Virus record (IMG/VR): IMGVR_UViG_3300029319_000019
Location: 16,340 to 80,339 of that record
Reading direction: 5' to 3' (one strand)
Length of the DNA stretch: 64,000 nucleotides
From: a virus
Shown in pieces: positions 54,359 to 64,000 of the stretch. The translations under genes were made by a program, and so were the position numbers. Position 1 is the first letter of the stretch, and each line of letters starts with the position of its first letter. The notes beneath the pieces are model-generated. The model did not search any database. It was not told the origin of the DNA and saw only the letters and a program-made list of their open reading frames with translations.

Positions 54359-55268
54359 TGTATTCCAAACTAGAGGGTTTCAAAAAATAGATAGGGCTGT
54401 TAATCAGTCCATAGCAGTTGTAAAGCAAGCCAAGCTTGGTAAGCGCAATGTACTAGCTACGTCTTGGAAAAGACTAAACAAGAATCTTTTAGGTGGATTA
54501 CAGAAGGGCAAGATGTATGTGATAGCTGGCCGCCCCGGTGTGGGTAAGTCAGCATTTAGTAATCAACTTATCTTTGATGTATTAGATACAAACAGTGATA
54601 AGAAACTAATAGTATTATACTGGACCTTTGAGATGCCGGGTTACCAACAGGTAATGCGTAGTGCATCAAAAGATGTAAAGAAAGAGATGTCAGATCTGTT
54701 GTCAGTAGAGTCACCGCTGTCAGATATAGACTTCAAAACTTATGCAGCTAAGGTACAAAAGTATGGTAACTATCCTATATATTTCAATAACATACCTCGT
54801 AGTATGGAGTATATCATGAACACAAACGAGGAACTATTTACTCAGCATCCTAGTCATACAGTAATTAATCTGTTCGACCATTCACGTTTGATACGTGGTA
54901 ATGAAGATACAGAATTACGTAGATTAAATACAATATCCAAGGGTTGTATGTGGATGCAATCAAAACTTGGAGTTATTAATATATTATTATCACAGCTTAA
55001 TCGTAACATAGAACAAGAACATCGTGCTAAGAATCAGTATCAACCACTACTAACAGACTTGTTTGGTGGTGACAGTATTGGTCAGGATGCACATGTAGTT
55101 ATGATTCTTAATCGTCCCTATGATTTGTATGGTATTACAGAATCATACTGCGGCGAAGATCCGCAGGGCCTGCTTGCATGCCATATGGAAAAGAATCGTG
55201 ACGGCTTGCTTGGTATGATTGGCTATGAAGCAGATATGAGTACGTTTAATATTAAAGAAAGAAACTAA
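54318..55268 (+). CDS. dnaB: DnaB-like replicative helicase (ATPase domain only)
   Basis: AGRPGVGKS, FEM, LSQLNR, DL...DSIGQDA and KNRDG motifs. Confidence 0.9.
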   Translation: MQNNQKTVSQDGSDVFQTRGFQKIDRAVNQSIAVVKQAKLGKRNVLATSWKRLNKNLLGGLQKGKMYVIAGRPGVGKSAFSNQLIFDVLDTNSDKKLIVLYWTFEMPGYQQVMRSASKDVKKEMSDLLSVESPLSDIDFKTYAAKVQKYGNYPIYFNNIPRSMEYIMNTNEELFTQHPSHTVINLFDHSRLIRGNEDTELRRLNTISKGCMWMQSKLGVINILLSQLNRNIEQEHRAKNQYQPLLTDLFGGDSIGQDAHVVMILNRPYDLYGITESYCGEDPQGLLACHMEKNRDGLLGMIGYEADMSTFNIKERN

Positions 55269-55966
55269 TGGAGCTACCAAAAACCGTGGTAAAGGCGAGC
55301 CGTAAGTCGCCTAAGAACATGATAATCTATGGTCCACCTAAGATAGGTAAGACTACAGTATTATCGCAGTTGAAAGACTGTTTGATTATTGATCTCGAAG
55401 AAGGTTCAGATATGGTTGACGCCTTGAAAGTAAAGGTTACAAACTTGAAAGAACTTGCTGAGGTTGGTAAAGCTATTATGAAAGATGGAAAACCATATAA
55501 GTATGTAGCTATTGACACTATCTCTAAACTAGAGGAATGGTGTGAAGCTGAAGCTAAAACTATATATATGCAAACTCCTATGGGTAAAAACTTTGAACAG
55601 AAGAACCCTGGTGCATCAGTACTATCATTGCCAAACGGCGCTGGCTATTTATATTTACGTATAGCCTACAAGAAATGGATAGACAGACTGAACAAGCTAG
55701 CGGATCATGTGATATTAGTTGGTCACCTGAAGGACAAGATGCTTGAGAAGAAAGGCAAAGAGGTTGCTGTAAAGGACCTTGATTTGACTGGTAAGATCAA
55801 GCAGATTACATGCGCTAACGCAGATGCTGTTGGTTATATCTACAGAGAAGATGATAAAACTATGATTTCGTTTAATTCTATGGATGATGTAACTGCAGGT
55901 TCACGTTGCAATCACTTAAAAGGTAAGACCATACCTTTAAATTGGTCAGATATATTTATAGATTAA
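55268..55966 (+). CDS. AAA_24 / Sak4-like ATPase
   Basis: IYGPPKIGKTT, IIDLEEGS, VAIDT, GAGY and ADAVGY motifs. Confidence 0.85.
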   Translation: MELPKTVVKASRKSPKNMIIYGPPKIGKTTVLSQLKDCLIIDLEEGSDMVDALKVKVTNLKELAEVGKAIMKDGKPYKYVAIDTISKLEEWCEAEAKTIYMQTPMGKNFEQKNPGASVLSLPNGAGYLYLRIAYKKWIDRLNKLADHVILVGHLKDKMLEKKGKEVAVKDLDLTGKIKQITCANADAVGYIYREDDKTMISFNSMDDVTAGSRCNHLKGKTIPLNWSDIFID

Positions 55967-55989
55967 TTAACCGCGTAAAATTTTAAATC

Positions 55990-56361
55990 ATGATTGAAGC
56001 ACGCACAAACAATCCTGGCGAGGCCACGCAGAAAAATGAAACACCAAGCACTATTACAGTATCTATGATCTTGGAAGATCTTGACAACGGCATTGACCGT
56101 ACAGGTATCCAAGAGAAGTATGGTCTAGAAAAGTGGGAAGTAACACAGATGTTCCAGCACCCAACATTGAAGGGTAAGAAAGCTAGAAAGATCCGTAAGT
56201 TATCTTTCAACTTTGTAGACGATACAGCTGTAGATCCTAACCAGACTAGCATTCCTGTAGAAGATGTACATACAGAAGCGTCTATGGTTGTGGAAGCTAC
56301 ACCTGAGTTACAAGAAGAAGATCCTTTTATAGGTGCATATGGTGAAGAAGATGAATTTTAA
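55990..56361 (+). CDS. Hypothetical protein with HTH-like core and acidic tail
   Basis: ILEDLDNG.DR..IQEKYGL......F.HP.LKG pattern. Confidence 0.7.
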   Translation: MIEARTNNPGEATQKNETPSTITVSMILEDLDNGIDRTGIQEKYGLEKWEVTQMFQHPTLKGKKARKIRKLSFNFVDDTAVDPNQTSIPVEDVHTEASMVVEATPELQEEDPFIGAYGEEDEF

Positions 56362-56379
56362 TTATTAAACTAGTTTATT

Positions 56380-57129
56380 ATGGCAATTAAAAGCAATGAC
56401 AGCAATGTCGAAGTATCAGGTGGTGGAGTAAAATTATACTCTGGACTTGGTAATTTTAAAGTTATCGCAGTGAATCCTACTATGGCTGAGCTGCATGACT
56501 TGGGTATTATGGTAAAACAAGACCCAAACTATTTCGTTGACTTAAATGGAACGGAATATTTCAAACTAACTTTCTGGATTAAGAATGCAGATCTTACTAC
56601 AAGGTTTGATATTCTTATGAATGGATCAGAGCGCGTATCGCAGACAGGTAAGAACCAGTGGATCAACTCTATTGGTCAGTCTACTTGGTCTGATGGTGAG
56701 CCTGAGTATGATTGGTTCAAGAAAGAAGGTTTACGTAAGGCGCTAACTGGCGAAGAAACACTTATTAACTTTGTTAAGCAGTGGGCTAATGTTGCTAATG
56801 GCGACGAAGCTTACTTTGACAGTATAGCTAAGATTGTTAAAGGTGATGTAACTGAAGTAAAAGCTTTGGTTAAGTTACTTGAGAACAATGAAGTTAGATT
56901 ATTAATCGGTGTTAAAGATGGTAAGTATCAAACTGTGTACACAAAAGTATTTGGCCGTGTGAAGCCACAGCGTGATGACCTCTTTATTAAGAACTTAAAT
57001 GATGACTACGGTACATTCAATGCTGAGTTTGATACCACACTTGCGTGGGGTACATTCACTCCTGAGTTAGCTGTAGTGACTCCAGATGGTGATTCTGACA
57101 ATGTCTCAGAAGACGAAGACTGGGTCTAA
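56380..57129 (+). CDS. Putative single-stranded DNA-binding protein (crassvirus type)
   Basis: LYSG....VIAVNPT..EL motif, S.TGK.QWIN..G, and acidic aromatic tail EDEDWV. Lies between Sak4 and primase. Confidence 0.55.
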   Translation: MAIKSNDSNVEVSGGGVKLYSGLGNFKVIAVNPTMAELHDLGIMVKQDPNYFVDLNGTEYFKLTFWIKNADLTTRFDILMNGSERVSQTGKNQWINSIGQSTWSDGEPEYDWFKKEGLRKALTGEETLINFVKQWANVANGDEAYFDSIAKIVKGDVTEVKALVKLLENNEVRLLIGVKDGKYQTVYTKVFGRVKPQRDDLFIKNLNDDYGTFNAEFDTTLAWGTFTPELAVVTPDGDSDNVSEDEDWV

Positions 57130-57155
57130 CATTATAGTAGTATGGCCATAAGAAG

Positions 57156-57193
57156 TGGGGAGCTAACAACTCCCCATTTTTTATGTACATTTG
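57156..57193 (+). terminator. Intrinsic terminator followed by a -7 box (TACATTTG, 57186-57193)
   Basis: TGGGGAG...CTCCCCA followed by T6. Promoter box lies 7 nt before ATG 57201. Confidence 0.7.
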
Positions 57194-57200
57194 CAAGCTT

Positions 57201-58193
57201 ATGATTAAAAGTAGAAGCAGTGAAGATGTCTTGACAGTTGAAAGGATATTGTCAAAGATTAGTGAGGTGGATATATTTGCATACTACTGTAGTTCTTTTA
57301 AACAACTTGGTAAATCTTTCTGTAGTGAGCTTAGGCAAGATAACAAACCAGGTGTCAGTATTATTCTTTGGAAAGGTAAACTGTTGTATAAAGACTTTGC
57401 GCATCCTGATCATACATTTGATTGTTTTGGATATGTAATGGCTGCATACAACTGTAGTTTTTACTCTGCACTTAGAATTATTGACAATGATTTTGGTTTG
57501 AATCTTTCATCGCGCAAAGAAGAGATGCAGTTTACTCGTGGCTATCTTGGTTATCAGTCTAATATTAAAGTAGAAGATAAAAAGGTAACTATAATTAAGA
57601 AGAAGACTAGGTCGTGGAAAAGAAAAGATGCAGCTTTTTGGTCCCAATATTTGATTAGTAAGAAAACTTTGATTAAGTTTGCTGTTACACCTATTTCTCA
57701 CTACTGGATTAATGACAGTAGATTTACATGCAAGCTAAGCTATGCATATAAGATTGGAAATAAGTATAAGATCTACTCTCCTCGTGAAGAGGTAAAGTGG
57801 ATGAGTAACACCAACGCTAAACAAATTCAAGGATATGCTCAGTTACCTAAAGAAGGTGATCTTTGTATTATTACTTCGTCCCTTAAAGACGTTATGTGTC
57901 TTTTTGAAATGGGAATCCCTGCAATCGCCCTGCAGTCCGAGATGCAAATGCCGACAAGTAAAATAATAGAAGAGCTGAGACAGAGATTTAAAAAGGTTGC
58001 GGTGTTCTATGATAATGATTTTACTAATCCTAACAATCCTGGTCAGACAATGGCTAAAAAGATTTGTAAGAAATATTATCCAATGAGTAATATATATTTA
58101 CCAGAGGATTATGAAGTAAAAGATTTATCAGACTACATTGCTAAATTTAAAAGCACCGAAGGATTAAAAACATTGATAGACATACAATTGTGA
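57201..58193 (+). CDS. DNA primase (crassvirus DnaG-like, TOPRIM)
   Basis: S.LR.D.KP, YKDF, IQGY.QLP, IITSSLKDVM, YDND and KD.SD motifs. Likely start at 57201. Confidence 0.85.
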   Translation: MIKSRSSEDVLTVERILSKISEVDIFAYYCSSFKQLGKSFCSELRQDNKPGVSIILWKGKLLYKDFAHPDHTFDCFGYVMAAYNCSFYSALRIIDNDFGLNLSSRKEEMQFTRGYLGYQSNIKVEDKKVTIIKKKTRSWKRKDAAFWSQYLISKKTLIKFAVTPISHYWINDSRFTCKLSYAYKIGNKYKIYSPREEVKWMSNTNAKQIQGYAQLPKEGDLCIITSSLKDVMCLFEMGIPAIALQSEMQMPTSKIIEELRQRFKKVAVFYDNDFTNPNNPGQTMAKKICKKYYPMSNIYLPEDYEVKDLSDYIAKFKSTEGLKTLIDIQL

Positions 58194-58633
58194 AACGACG
58201 TACACGAAAGCCAAAGAATAAAAAAGTAAGAAACGCTACTACTAAAGTATATAAAGGAATTAAGTTCAGGTCTAAGCTTGAACTTTTTACGTATAAGAAG
58301 TTAGAGGATGCAGACATAAAATCTCTGTATGAAAAGAAAAAGTATGTGTTACAAGAAGGGTTTCATTACACGGAAGAGTGCCACGAACCACACAAAACAA
58401 AAGGCTATGTCAACAATACCTACAAAGTTAGAGATATTACATATACTCCTGACTTTGTAGATCCTAATGGTAAATGGATTATAGAAGTAAAAGGTTTTGC
58501 CAATGATGTCTTTCCTTTAAAATGGAAGATGTTTAAGAAACACCTTATGCAGCTAGAGAATCCTCCAGTATTATATCTACCTAAGAACCAAGGCCAGGTT
58601 CTTAAAACAATAGAATTAATTAAACAACTTTAA
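58190..58633 (+). CDS. PD-(D/E)xK endonuclease (DUF1064 / T7 endonuclease I-like)
   Basis: GIKFRSKLE, YTPDF and IEVKG motifs. Confidence 0.85.
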   Translation: MKRRTRKPKNKKVRNATTKVYKGIKFRSKLELFTYKKLEDADIKSLYEKKKYVLQEGFHYTEECHEPHKTKGYVNNTYKVRDITYTPDFVDPNGKWIIEVKGFANDVFPLKWKMFKKHLMQLENPPVLYLPKNQGQVLKTIELIKQL

Positions 58634-58636
58634 CTT

Positions 58637-58948
58637 ATGGAATACACACATGATTTGCTCCTCCGTTTGGATGGGCTTGGGATTGATATGTCTAATGGTC
58701 CCGTAGATACAAAGAAACAGATTGATAAACTATATGCAGATACAAAGTATAATACGTTTGGATATTTGGAAGACATAGAAAAGTTTGATAGAATATTTGA
58801 GCCTGTTTATGGCTTAGAGTTCTTCATACTAGTTAGAGAAGTACGCAAACAGTTTCACAAAGAATTAAAGTATTCTACTCTTGCTAGCGAATTAAAAGAA
58901 ATACACGAACAAAGTAAAATAAATAATTATGAGTATAAAAACGATTGA
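58637..58948 (+). CDS. Hypothetical protein
   Basis: Clean ORF in operon. Confidence 0.65.
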   Translation: MEYTHDLLLRLDGLGIDMSNGPVDTKKQIDKLYADTKYNTFGYLEDIEKFDRIFEPVYGLEFFILVREVRKQFHKELKYSTLASELKEIHEQSKINNYEYKND

Positions 58949-61664
58949 TAAACAGATCAAAGGATCTGAAGGCCTTGCTAAGAAGATTAACAAAGGCGCA
59001 GAGAAAATGGTCTTTGACATCTTGCAGTCTACACAGTACTCTACACCTATCCCGTCTACTATACGTGAGTTGGCTACCAACGGTGCTGACGCTCAGCGTG
59101 AGAAGGAGATAGCTATAGAGATACTAACTGGTCAGGCAAAAGCTGAAGACTATTATATTGAACGCCATGGCGAACAATACAATGACAGTAACTTTGATAT
59201 AAGTTACTATGACTTGGATCACCTAGACACAGAGAACAATGACGTACTAATTACATACAAAGAGAATGAAGGAACAGGATACTGCGATGTAGTTAGTATT
59301 AAAGATTATGGTGTTGGTATTGGTGAGCGTCGTTTGGAAGGTGTGCTTGAGCTTGGTTATTCAACTAAGCGTAACACAGCTGAGAACTTCGGTGCGTTTG
59401 GTCTTGGTGCCAAGGTTGCATTGTCAACTGGTGTAGATTTCTATACTATAGAAACTGTACACAACGGTAAGAGATTCAAGATGAACTGTTACAATTATAA
59501 AACAGACTTTATTATACCTGCATTTAATCCAGGACTTGGTAAACCTAACCCGCATATTGTACTTAGCGATGGAACGAAAGTATATTATGAGGATGCTAAA
59601 GCAAAGAATCAGACTATAGTATCGTTTGGTGTAAAGAAGCACAACAGGCGTGACTATCGTGATGCAGTTGAAGAGCAGTTGATGTATATGCCTAGTATTA
59701 GATTTAAGCGTATTGCAGAGGATGGTTATGAAAGAGATGAAGACATTCACCCAAAGATTATGCATAACTCTGATAACTTGATTATCTCTAATACATATTT
59801 GTTTAGTAAACCGCACATTGTATTGACTAAAGATGTAGGCGCACCAACCGGCGTTAACTACGGCTTTGTTGATTTTCGTGAGTTGGAGATGCAGCAGATG
59901 TGGGGACCTATTGCTTTTAAATGTCCTGCAAGACAAGTGATTAATGACCCAGAAACTGGCGAAGAGATTGTATTGCAAGAGGGCGTAGATGTTACGCCGT
60001 CACGTGAGAAAGTGATATGGAATGAGAACACTAAAGCATACATCAAGTCTGTAATTGAAGCAGCTGCTGATGAGGCTAGTGAGATTGTGCAAGAAGAGCT
60101 TAAGCAAACAGACTTTGTGTCTTGGTTGCTAGCTTGTAAACAAGTCTTAACTAATGCTGACAGTGGTAGTGTCCTTGGTAGATTATCTAATATCATTGAT
60201 CAAGAGCAGCTTAAGCCTAAGTTTGGACCAGACCCTAGACTCAAGAATGAATCTGTAAAAGCTTTGTTCAGAGGTATGAAGGTTGAGGTTATAACTAAGA
60301 GTAGAGACTACAGCAGTGGTGATGATATTATCGAAAGAAATGCTATTGAGAACTACAGCCAATTGAGAGAGAATAACATCTTTATCATGGGTGAAGAGAA
60401 TCATAGCAAGTACAAAGATATGTATCTTATACACGAGTGTGATGGTCCTATTATTTGCATCAAGCCTATAGAGGACTGGGAACCTAGTAGTGTTGTTAGT
60501 GCAGAGTCCATCAAAGCAAACAAGAAAGCACTTGCTAAACGTTTTAGAGTTCTTCAGCTGATCACTGAATCTACTCACAGTCGTAACTACGATGACATAG
60601 AGGTAGATGAAGAGTGGCTAGAAGAATACAAAGATGAGATTGCTAAGGCTAAGGAGATTGCACAGTTCGAGAACATTACGCCAGCTGAACGTCGTAAGAT
60701 AGAGGAGCGTATGGTTGCATACACTTTTAGATACAACGATAAGCATTGGCATGCATCAGGTAGTGACAAGCATTACATCAGAGATAAGATTGAGCCAAAG
60801 GTAAAAGATCTTATGAAGACTCAGCGCACTACCTATTATGGTACTGCAGCTGATGACGATAAACTGATGGTTGCTTGTGGTATGATACATCCTTTTGCTC
60901 CTAGAATGGATAAAGTGTATAAAGATATGCTGAGATGGCAAACTGGAGATGATGATAGAGTGTTTTTCTTTGATACACCAGCTGTTAGATTTAGTAATAG
61001 TTCTGCGGTAATACCAAAAACTGAAACTAAGGATGATGGTACGGTATATCACAATACTAACTTTGATTGGGATACACCGCAGATTATCAGAGTCTCACAG
61101 AGCAATGTTAAACACATTAGCATGAACCCTAATGTTAAACACATTGATGAATTCTTTTTACAACTAACACCTAATGGAGGATATACTATGGATGAACATG
61201 CAATAAAATGGTACACTGCAGATAAGATGAAGAGTATCACAGATAAGACATATTTATACTGTCTTAAGGACATTAATCCAGACTTGTTTGAAAAGTATAA
61301 GGCTGTATACAATGCGGCTGATGTAGATGTAAGAACAAGTCAGTGGATGAAAGACACTCAGGTATTTGCTATGGTCGAGAAGATTGTGAAAATGCATAAC
61401 TTCTGCAAAGATAACGATGACGCCGCTGCTATACAGCAGAAGAGTCGTGAGTTATTTGTGATAGATGTACCAGAAGCTGTTGGTCAAGACCAAGAGTTGA
61501 TGGATAAGTTTGATGAGCTTGAAGAGTGGTCTAAAAGTGTGCATACACTATTGAACTCTATTGAGTATATAGGATATAGTCCTAATACTGACCAAGATTT
61601 AGATCAAGATCTTATCAAAGAAATCAAGGTTTACCTAGACGCTAAAGGTAGACTAGATTGGTAA
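58929..61664 (+). CDS. rIIA: rIIA-like protein with N-terminal GHKL ATPase domain, 911 aa
   Basis: YS.PI.S.IRELATNG.DA, D.G.G, YSTKR....GAFGLG.K and TPSRE motifs. Followed by rIIB. Confidence 0.8.
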   Translation: MSIKTIDKQIKGSEGLAKKINKGAEKMVFDILQSTQYSTPIPSTIRELATNGADAQREKEIAIEILTGQAKAEDYYIERHGEQYNDSNFDISYYDLDHLDTENNDVLITYKENEGTGYCDVVSIKDYGVGIGERRLEGVLELGYSTKRNTAENFGAFGLGAKVALSTGVDFYTIETVHNGKRFKMNCYNYKTDFIIPAFNPGLGKPNPHIVLSDGTKVYYEDAKAKNQTIVSFGVKKHNRRDYRDAVEEQLMYMPSIRFKRIAEDGYERDEDIHPKIMHNSDNLIISNTYLFSKPHIVLTKDVGAPTGVNYGFVDFRELEMQQMWGPIAFKCPARQVINDPETGEEIVLQEGVDVTPSREKVIWNENTKAYIKSVIEAAADEASEIVQEELKQTDFVSWLLACKQVLTNADSGSVLGRLSNIIDQEQLKPKFGPDPRLKNESVKALFRGMKVEVITKSRDYSSGDDIIERNAIENYSQLRENNIFIMGEENHSKYKDMYLIHECDGPIICIKPIEDWEPSSVVSAESIKANKKALAKRFRVLQLITESTHSRNYDDIEVDEEWLEEYKDEIAKAKEIAQFENITPAERRKIEERMVAYTFRYNDKHWHASGSDKHYIRDKIEPKVKDLMKTQRTTYYGTAADDDKLMVACGMIHPFAPRMDKVYKDMLRWQTGDDDRVFFFDTPAVRFSNSSAVIPKTETKDDGTVYHNTNFDWDTPQIIRVSQSNVKHISMNPNVKHIDEFFLQLTPNGGYTMDEHAIKWYTADKMKSITDKTYLYCLKDINPDLFEKYKAVYNAADVDVRTSQWMKDTQVFAMVEKIVKMHNFCKDNDDAAAIQQKSRELFVIDVPEAVGQDQELMDKFDELEEWSKSVHTLLNSIEYIGYSPNTDQDLDQDLIKEIKVYLDAKGRLDW

Positions 61665-61763
61665 AATAATTATGGGTGTGCAAGAGCGTAGGTCCTGACG
61701 AGGCAATAAGTACTTAATTGAGAATCAGACGGTTGCGTCGCTCATTCTCAGCCCTAATTATTT
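61664..61763 (+). other. Structured intergenic RNA element between rIIA and rIIB
   Basis: Closing stem AAATAATTA/TAATTATTT plus GGGT/GCCC, with alternative inner pairings. Confidence 0.5.
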
Positions 61764-61792
61764 GTATAAACAAAATTTTTATATTAACTTTG
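61761..61792 (+). promoter_or_regulatory. Consensus Bacteroidota promoter TTTG-N20-TAACTTTG for rIIB
   Basis: Both -33 and -7 boxes are exact, with a 20-nt spacer. Confidence 0.8.
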
Positions 61793-61810
61793 TAACTAAA
61801 TTAATTAATC

Positions 61811-62989
61811 ATGATTACAATTAACGTTATTGAGAACCAAATATCTGGTTCGTACGGCGACACGCCGTTTAGTGTCAACTACTCCGAGGACACTTATAAA
61901 AAGATGATGGAGTTATCTGACAGACAGCAGTCTGTTACAACTATGGACGAGTATAATAAACTCATGGAAGAGTTTGCTAAGCTTACTGTCCAAGACTACA
62001 AAACAACTGTAGAAACTGAGTGTCCGTGGATTCATATCAACGAAGGCACCGGTGAGTTTTTCTTGAAGCATGAGGGTGTGGTATCTAGTATACCTATGCC
62101 ACAAGCTTTGGTTGACCGTATCTTTGAATCACTTGACAAGGGTGTAGACTTTATGCCGCTTGTAAAGATGTGGGTTAGATTCTTACGTAACCCTATTCTT
62201 CGCGAGAAGATGAACAAGTGTGACTGTGAGAAAGGTGAGAAGTTTACTGAGAAGTTCTTTAACTTTGTTAACTTACAGTATGTACATCCTAAACTCAAAG
62301 CAGAGTTGATGGATGAGCATGGCTTGAGTGAAGAAGTTGCTGAACGTAGAGCTACTATGTATCAAATGAAGATTACTCAAGAAGGTTTACTTAATGGCTA
62401 CAAAGTATCTAGTGAGATTATGCATGCGTATGATACAGAGACTGGTGAAATGATAGATCGTTACAAGCGTACATTTAATCCTGATACAGGTGAGATTGAA
62501 GAAGGTGGATTACCTGAGTTTGTAGAAGATAGATTGTTTGAGCCAGCTGTTATGGGTAGTAGTGGTGATGCATTTTACTGCGAAGGCCCTAACGGATATG
62601 CTAAGCCAGGACACTTTATCAAAGTTGGTTGTACACACAGATTACCAGACTGGTCTTATGTGAATACAAACGACAATGCATCTTGTGTTAAAGGTTTACA
62701 CTTCGGTGGTCTTAAGTACATTGCATACTACAGCGGTGAGATTCACAATATCTTTGTTGATCCTATGCATATTGGTGCAGTACCTGACGATGAGACTGGT
62801 GCAATCAGATGCCTACAGTATTTTGTACACTCTTCACTTGCAGGTGTAAATGGTAGTATCTACCACAGCTCTACCTATGCAGCTAAGACTGACGCTGAGT
62901 GGGAAGAGATGCGCAAAGAAGCGGTCGCTGACTACAGCGAAATAAAAGAAGAAGTAGATAAAGATATTGCAGAGATGAACTCTTTGTAA
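61811..62989 (+). CDS. rIIB: rIIB-like protein
   Basis: PL..MW..FL.NP, IT.EG.L.GYK.V and SC..GLH.G...Y......VDP..IGAVP.D....IRC..Y.V motifs. Confidence 0.85.
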   Translation: MITINVIENQISGSYGDTPFSVNYSEDTYKKMMELSDRQQSVTTMDEYNKLMEEFAKLTVQDYKTTVETECPWIHINEGTGEFFLKHEGVVSSIPMPQALVDRIFESLDKGVDFMPLVKMWVRFLRNPILREKMNKCDCEKGEKFTEKFFNFVNLQYVHPKLKAELMDEHGLSEEVAERRATMYQMKITQEGLLNGYKVSSEIMHAYDTETGEMIDRYKRTFNPDTGEIEEGGLPEFVEDRLFEPAVMGSSGDAFYCEGPNGYAKPGHFIKVGCTHRLPDWSYVNTNDNASCVKGLHFGGLKYIAYYSGEIHNIFVDPMHIGAVPDDETGAIRCLQYFVHSSLAGVNGSIYHSSTYAAKTDAEWEEMRKEAVADYSEIKEEVDKDIAEMNSL

Positions 62990-63007
62990 TGTTTGTGTAT
63001 TCATGAT

Positions 63008-63038
63008 GCTAATGGGGGACTTCGGTCCCCTTATTAGC
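63008..63038 (+). terminator. Hairpin terminator (TTCG loop)
   Basis: GGGGAC-TTCG-GTCCCC within a longer stem. Confidence 0.75.
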
Positions 63039-63061
63039 TTAACCTTAAATTTATTACCAAG

Positions 63062-63805
63062 ATGAGTAAAATAGTACTTATAGATGCAGATAGCCTACTG
63101 TATTTTGAGATGGGTAAAGATACCCTAGAAGAGGCAATAGACGGAATAAACCAAAGGATACAACAAATAATTATTGAAACAGAAGCTGAAAGCTATATAG
63201 GTTATTTAACATTAGGTAAATGTTTTAGATACGCCGCTGCTAAAACTAAACCTTACAAGTATAATAGAAAGGGCGGCACAAAGCCTCCAATCTTTTATGC
63301 ATTGCGCGCATACGTACAACAAGCACATGGATTTATATCTGTAGATGGATATGAAGCAGATGATATGGTAGGCATAGGTCGTGACTATTTTGTATCTACA
63401 GGACATGAAGTTACTATTTCTAGTCCTGATAAAGATGTATTACAACAACTTGCAGGTAAACATTACAACTACCAAAAGGCTGAGTTTGTAGAAACATCTT
63501 GTGAAGAGGCAGAAAAGTTTTTATGGAAACAAGTTTTGATGGGTGATTCTACTGATGGCATACCGGGCATACCAGGTCTTGGACCTAAAACTGCAGATGC
63601 TATTATTGATAACATGCCTGAATCTAAACTTGAATATCATGAAGTAGTTCTTAGTCAGTACATGTCTAAGTTTAAAACAGCTGAAGCCATTGAAAGGTTT
63701 GCAGAAACATTTAAGCTTGTGAATATTATTAAGAGTATGAATGATGCGCCAATAGATATTAACATTGAAGTGTTTAACCTACAAAATCTTGACACATGGG
63801 AATAA
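63062..63805 (+). CDS. 5'-3' exonuclease (T7 gp6 / PolI 5'-exonuclease-like)
   Basis: LIDADS, FRY.....YK.NR, EADD, S.DKD..Q and GDSTDGIPGIPGLGPKTA motifs. Confidence 0.9.
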   Translation: MSKIVLIDADSLLYFEMGKDTLEEAIDGINQRIQQIIIETEAESYIGYLTLGKCFRYAAAKTKPYKYNRKGGTKPPIFYALRAYVQQAHGFISVDGYEADDMVGIGRDYFVSTGHEVTISSPDKDVLQQLAGKHYNYQKAEFVETSCEEAEKFLWKQVLMGDSTDGIPGIPGLGPKTADAIIDNMPESKLEYHEVVLSQYMSKFKTAEAIERFAETFKLVNIIKSMNDAPIDINIEVFNLQNLDTWE

Positions 63806-64000
63806 AGTCTAAAGAATGTTTTTATGTTGTGAAAGATCCTAGATCTTTTACAGTGGTGGGAAATAAAAGTTTTATTATCCCAACTAATATAGCAGATACT
63901 ATAGTGGAATTAAAATGTAATGATGTTCCTATAACTTTGTTTGATACTTTTTTTGTAGATAAGAAACCATATAAGGTTAATGATATTTCTTTAGAGGTGG
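63796..64000 (+). CDS. Hypothetical protein, partial (runs off window edge)
   Basis: Open frame MGIKSKECFYVVKDPRS... to the end, overlapping the exonuclease stop. Confidence 0.6.
   Translation, partial: MGIKSKECFYVVKDPRSFTVVGNKSFIIPTNIADTIVELKCNDVPITLFDTFFVDKKPYKVNDISLEV

Noticed and set aside
61695-61730. Hammerhead ribozyme (CTGACGAG)
   Set aside because: No stem II followed by GAAA downstream.
316-63406. Numerous short antisense or nested ORFs in the track (e.g. 316..522, 6113..6559, 8627..8902, 13361..13627, 19256..19543, 59424..59978)
   Set aside because: They lie within well-supported genes on the opposite strand or in another frame, with no motifs.
1-64000. Stop-codon reassignment (TAG/TGA), known in some crassviruses
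   Set aside because: Long genes are intact in code 11. TAG ends genes such as terL and 48582..49172, and TGA ends 53813..54358, at sensible positions.
1-64000. Prophage, host genes or defence island
   Set aside because: No integrase, repressor or cellular housekeeping genes. The whole window is consistent with one lytic crassvirus genome.

Overview
This window is the central 64 kb of a lytic crAss-like phage (order Crassvirales), most likely infecting an aquatic or marine Bacteroidota (Flavobacteriia-type) host. It uses the standard genetic code. I found no introns, inteins, integrase, CRISPR array or convincing tRNA. Positions 1 to ~45.7 kb form a minus-strand late/structural block in canonical crassvirus order. 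Read in the direction of transcription it runs: GroES, small HTH/Zn-finger/HU genes, TerL, portal, scaffold-like protein, MCP, gene-75-like protein, ring protein, auxiliary capsid protein, tail hubs and fibres, a lysis plus envelope cassette, metallophosphoesterase, ring proteins, IHF, muzzle, cargo proteins, and the start of a giant virion protein that runs off the left edge. Positions ~46.2 to 64 kb form a plus-strand early and replication block: small early genes, PolA, a DnaA-domain-IV protein, SF2 helicase, DnaB, AAA/Sak4-like ATPase, SSB-like protein, primase, PD-(D/E)xK nuclease, rIIA/rIIB and a 5'-3' exonuclease. Host assignment rests on several Bacteroidota TAnnTTTG promoters, three signal peptides followed by Gln, and a T9SS C-terminal sorting domain. 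The most notable features are: (1) a recurring [YM]-x-x-G-G motif that punctuates internal, cargo and basic proteins into shuffled modules, including one 32-aa module duplicated 33 kb apart; (2) a phage-encoded host-envelope cassette (outer-membrane beta-barrel, CxxC-less thioredoxin, and a T9SS-type Cys-repeat protein whose repeat is also found in a virion tail protein); (3) a ~290-nt highly structured candidate ncRNA with its own promoter at the strand switch; (4) a repeated CTATTGCAWAGAC candidate virion-RNAP promoter and a series of stem-closed multibranch RNA elements in the early region. All family assignments come from motif recognition and synteny by eye; no database searches were run.
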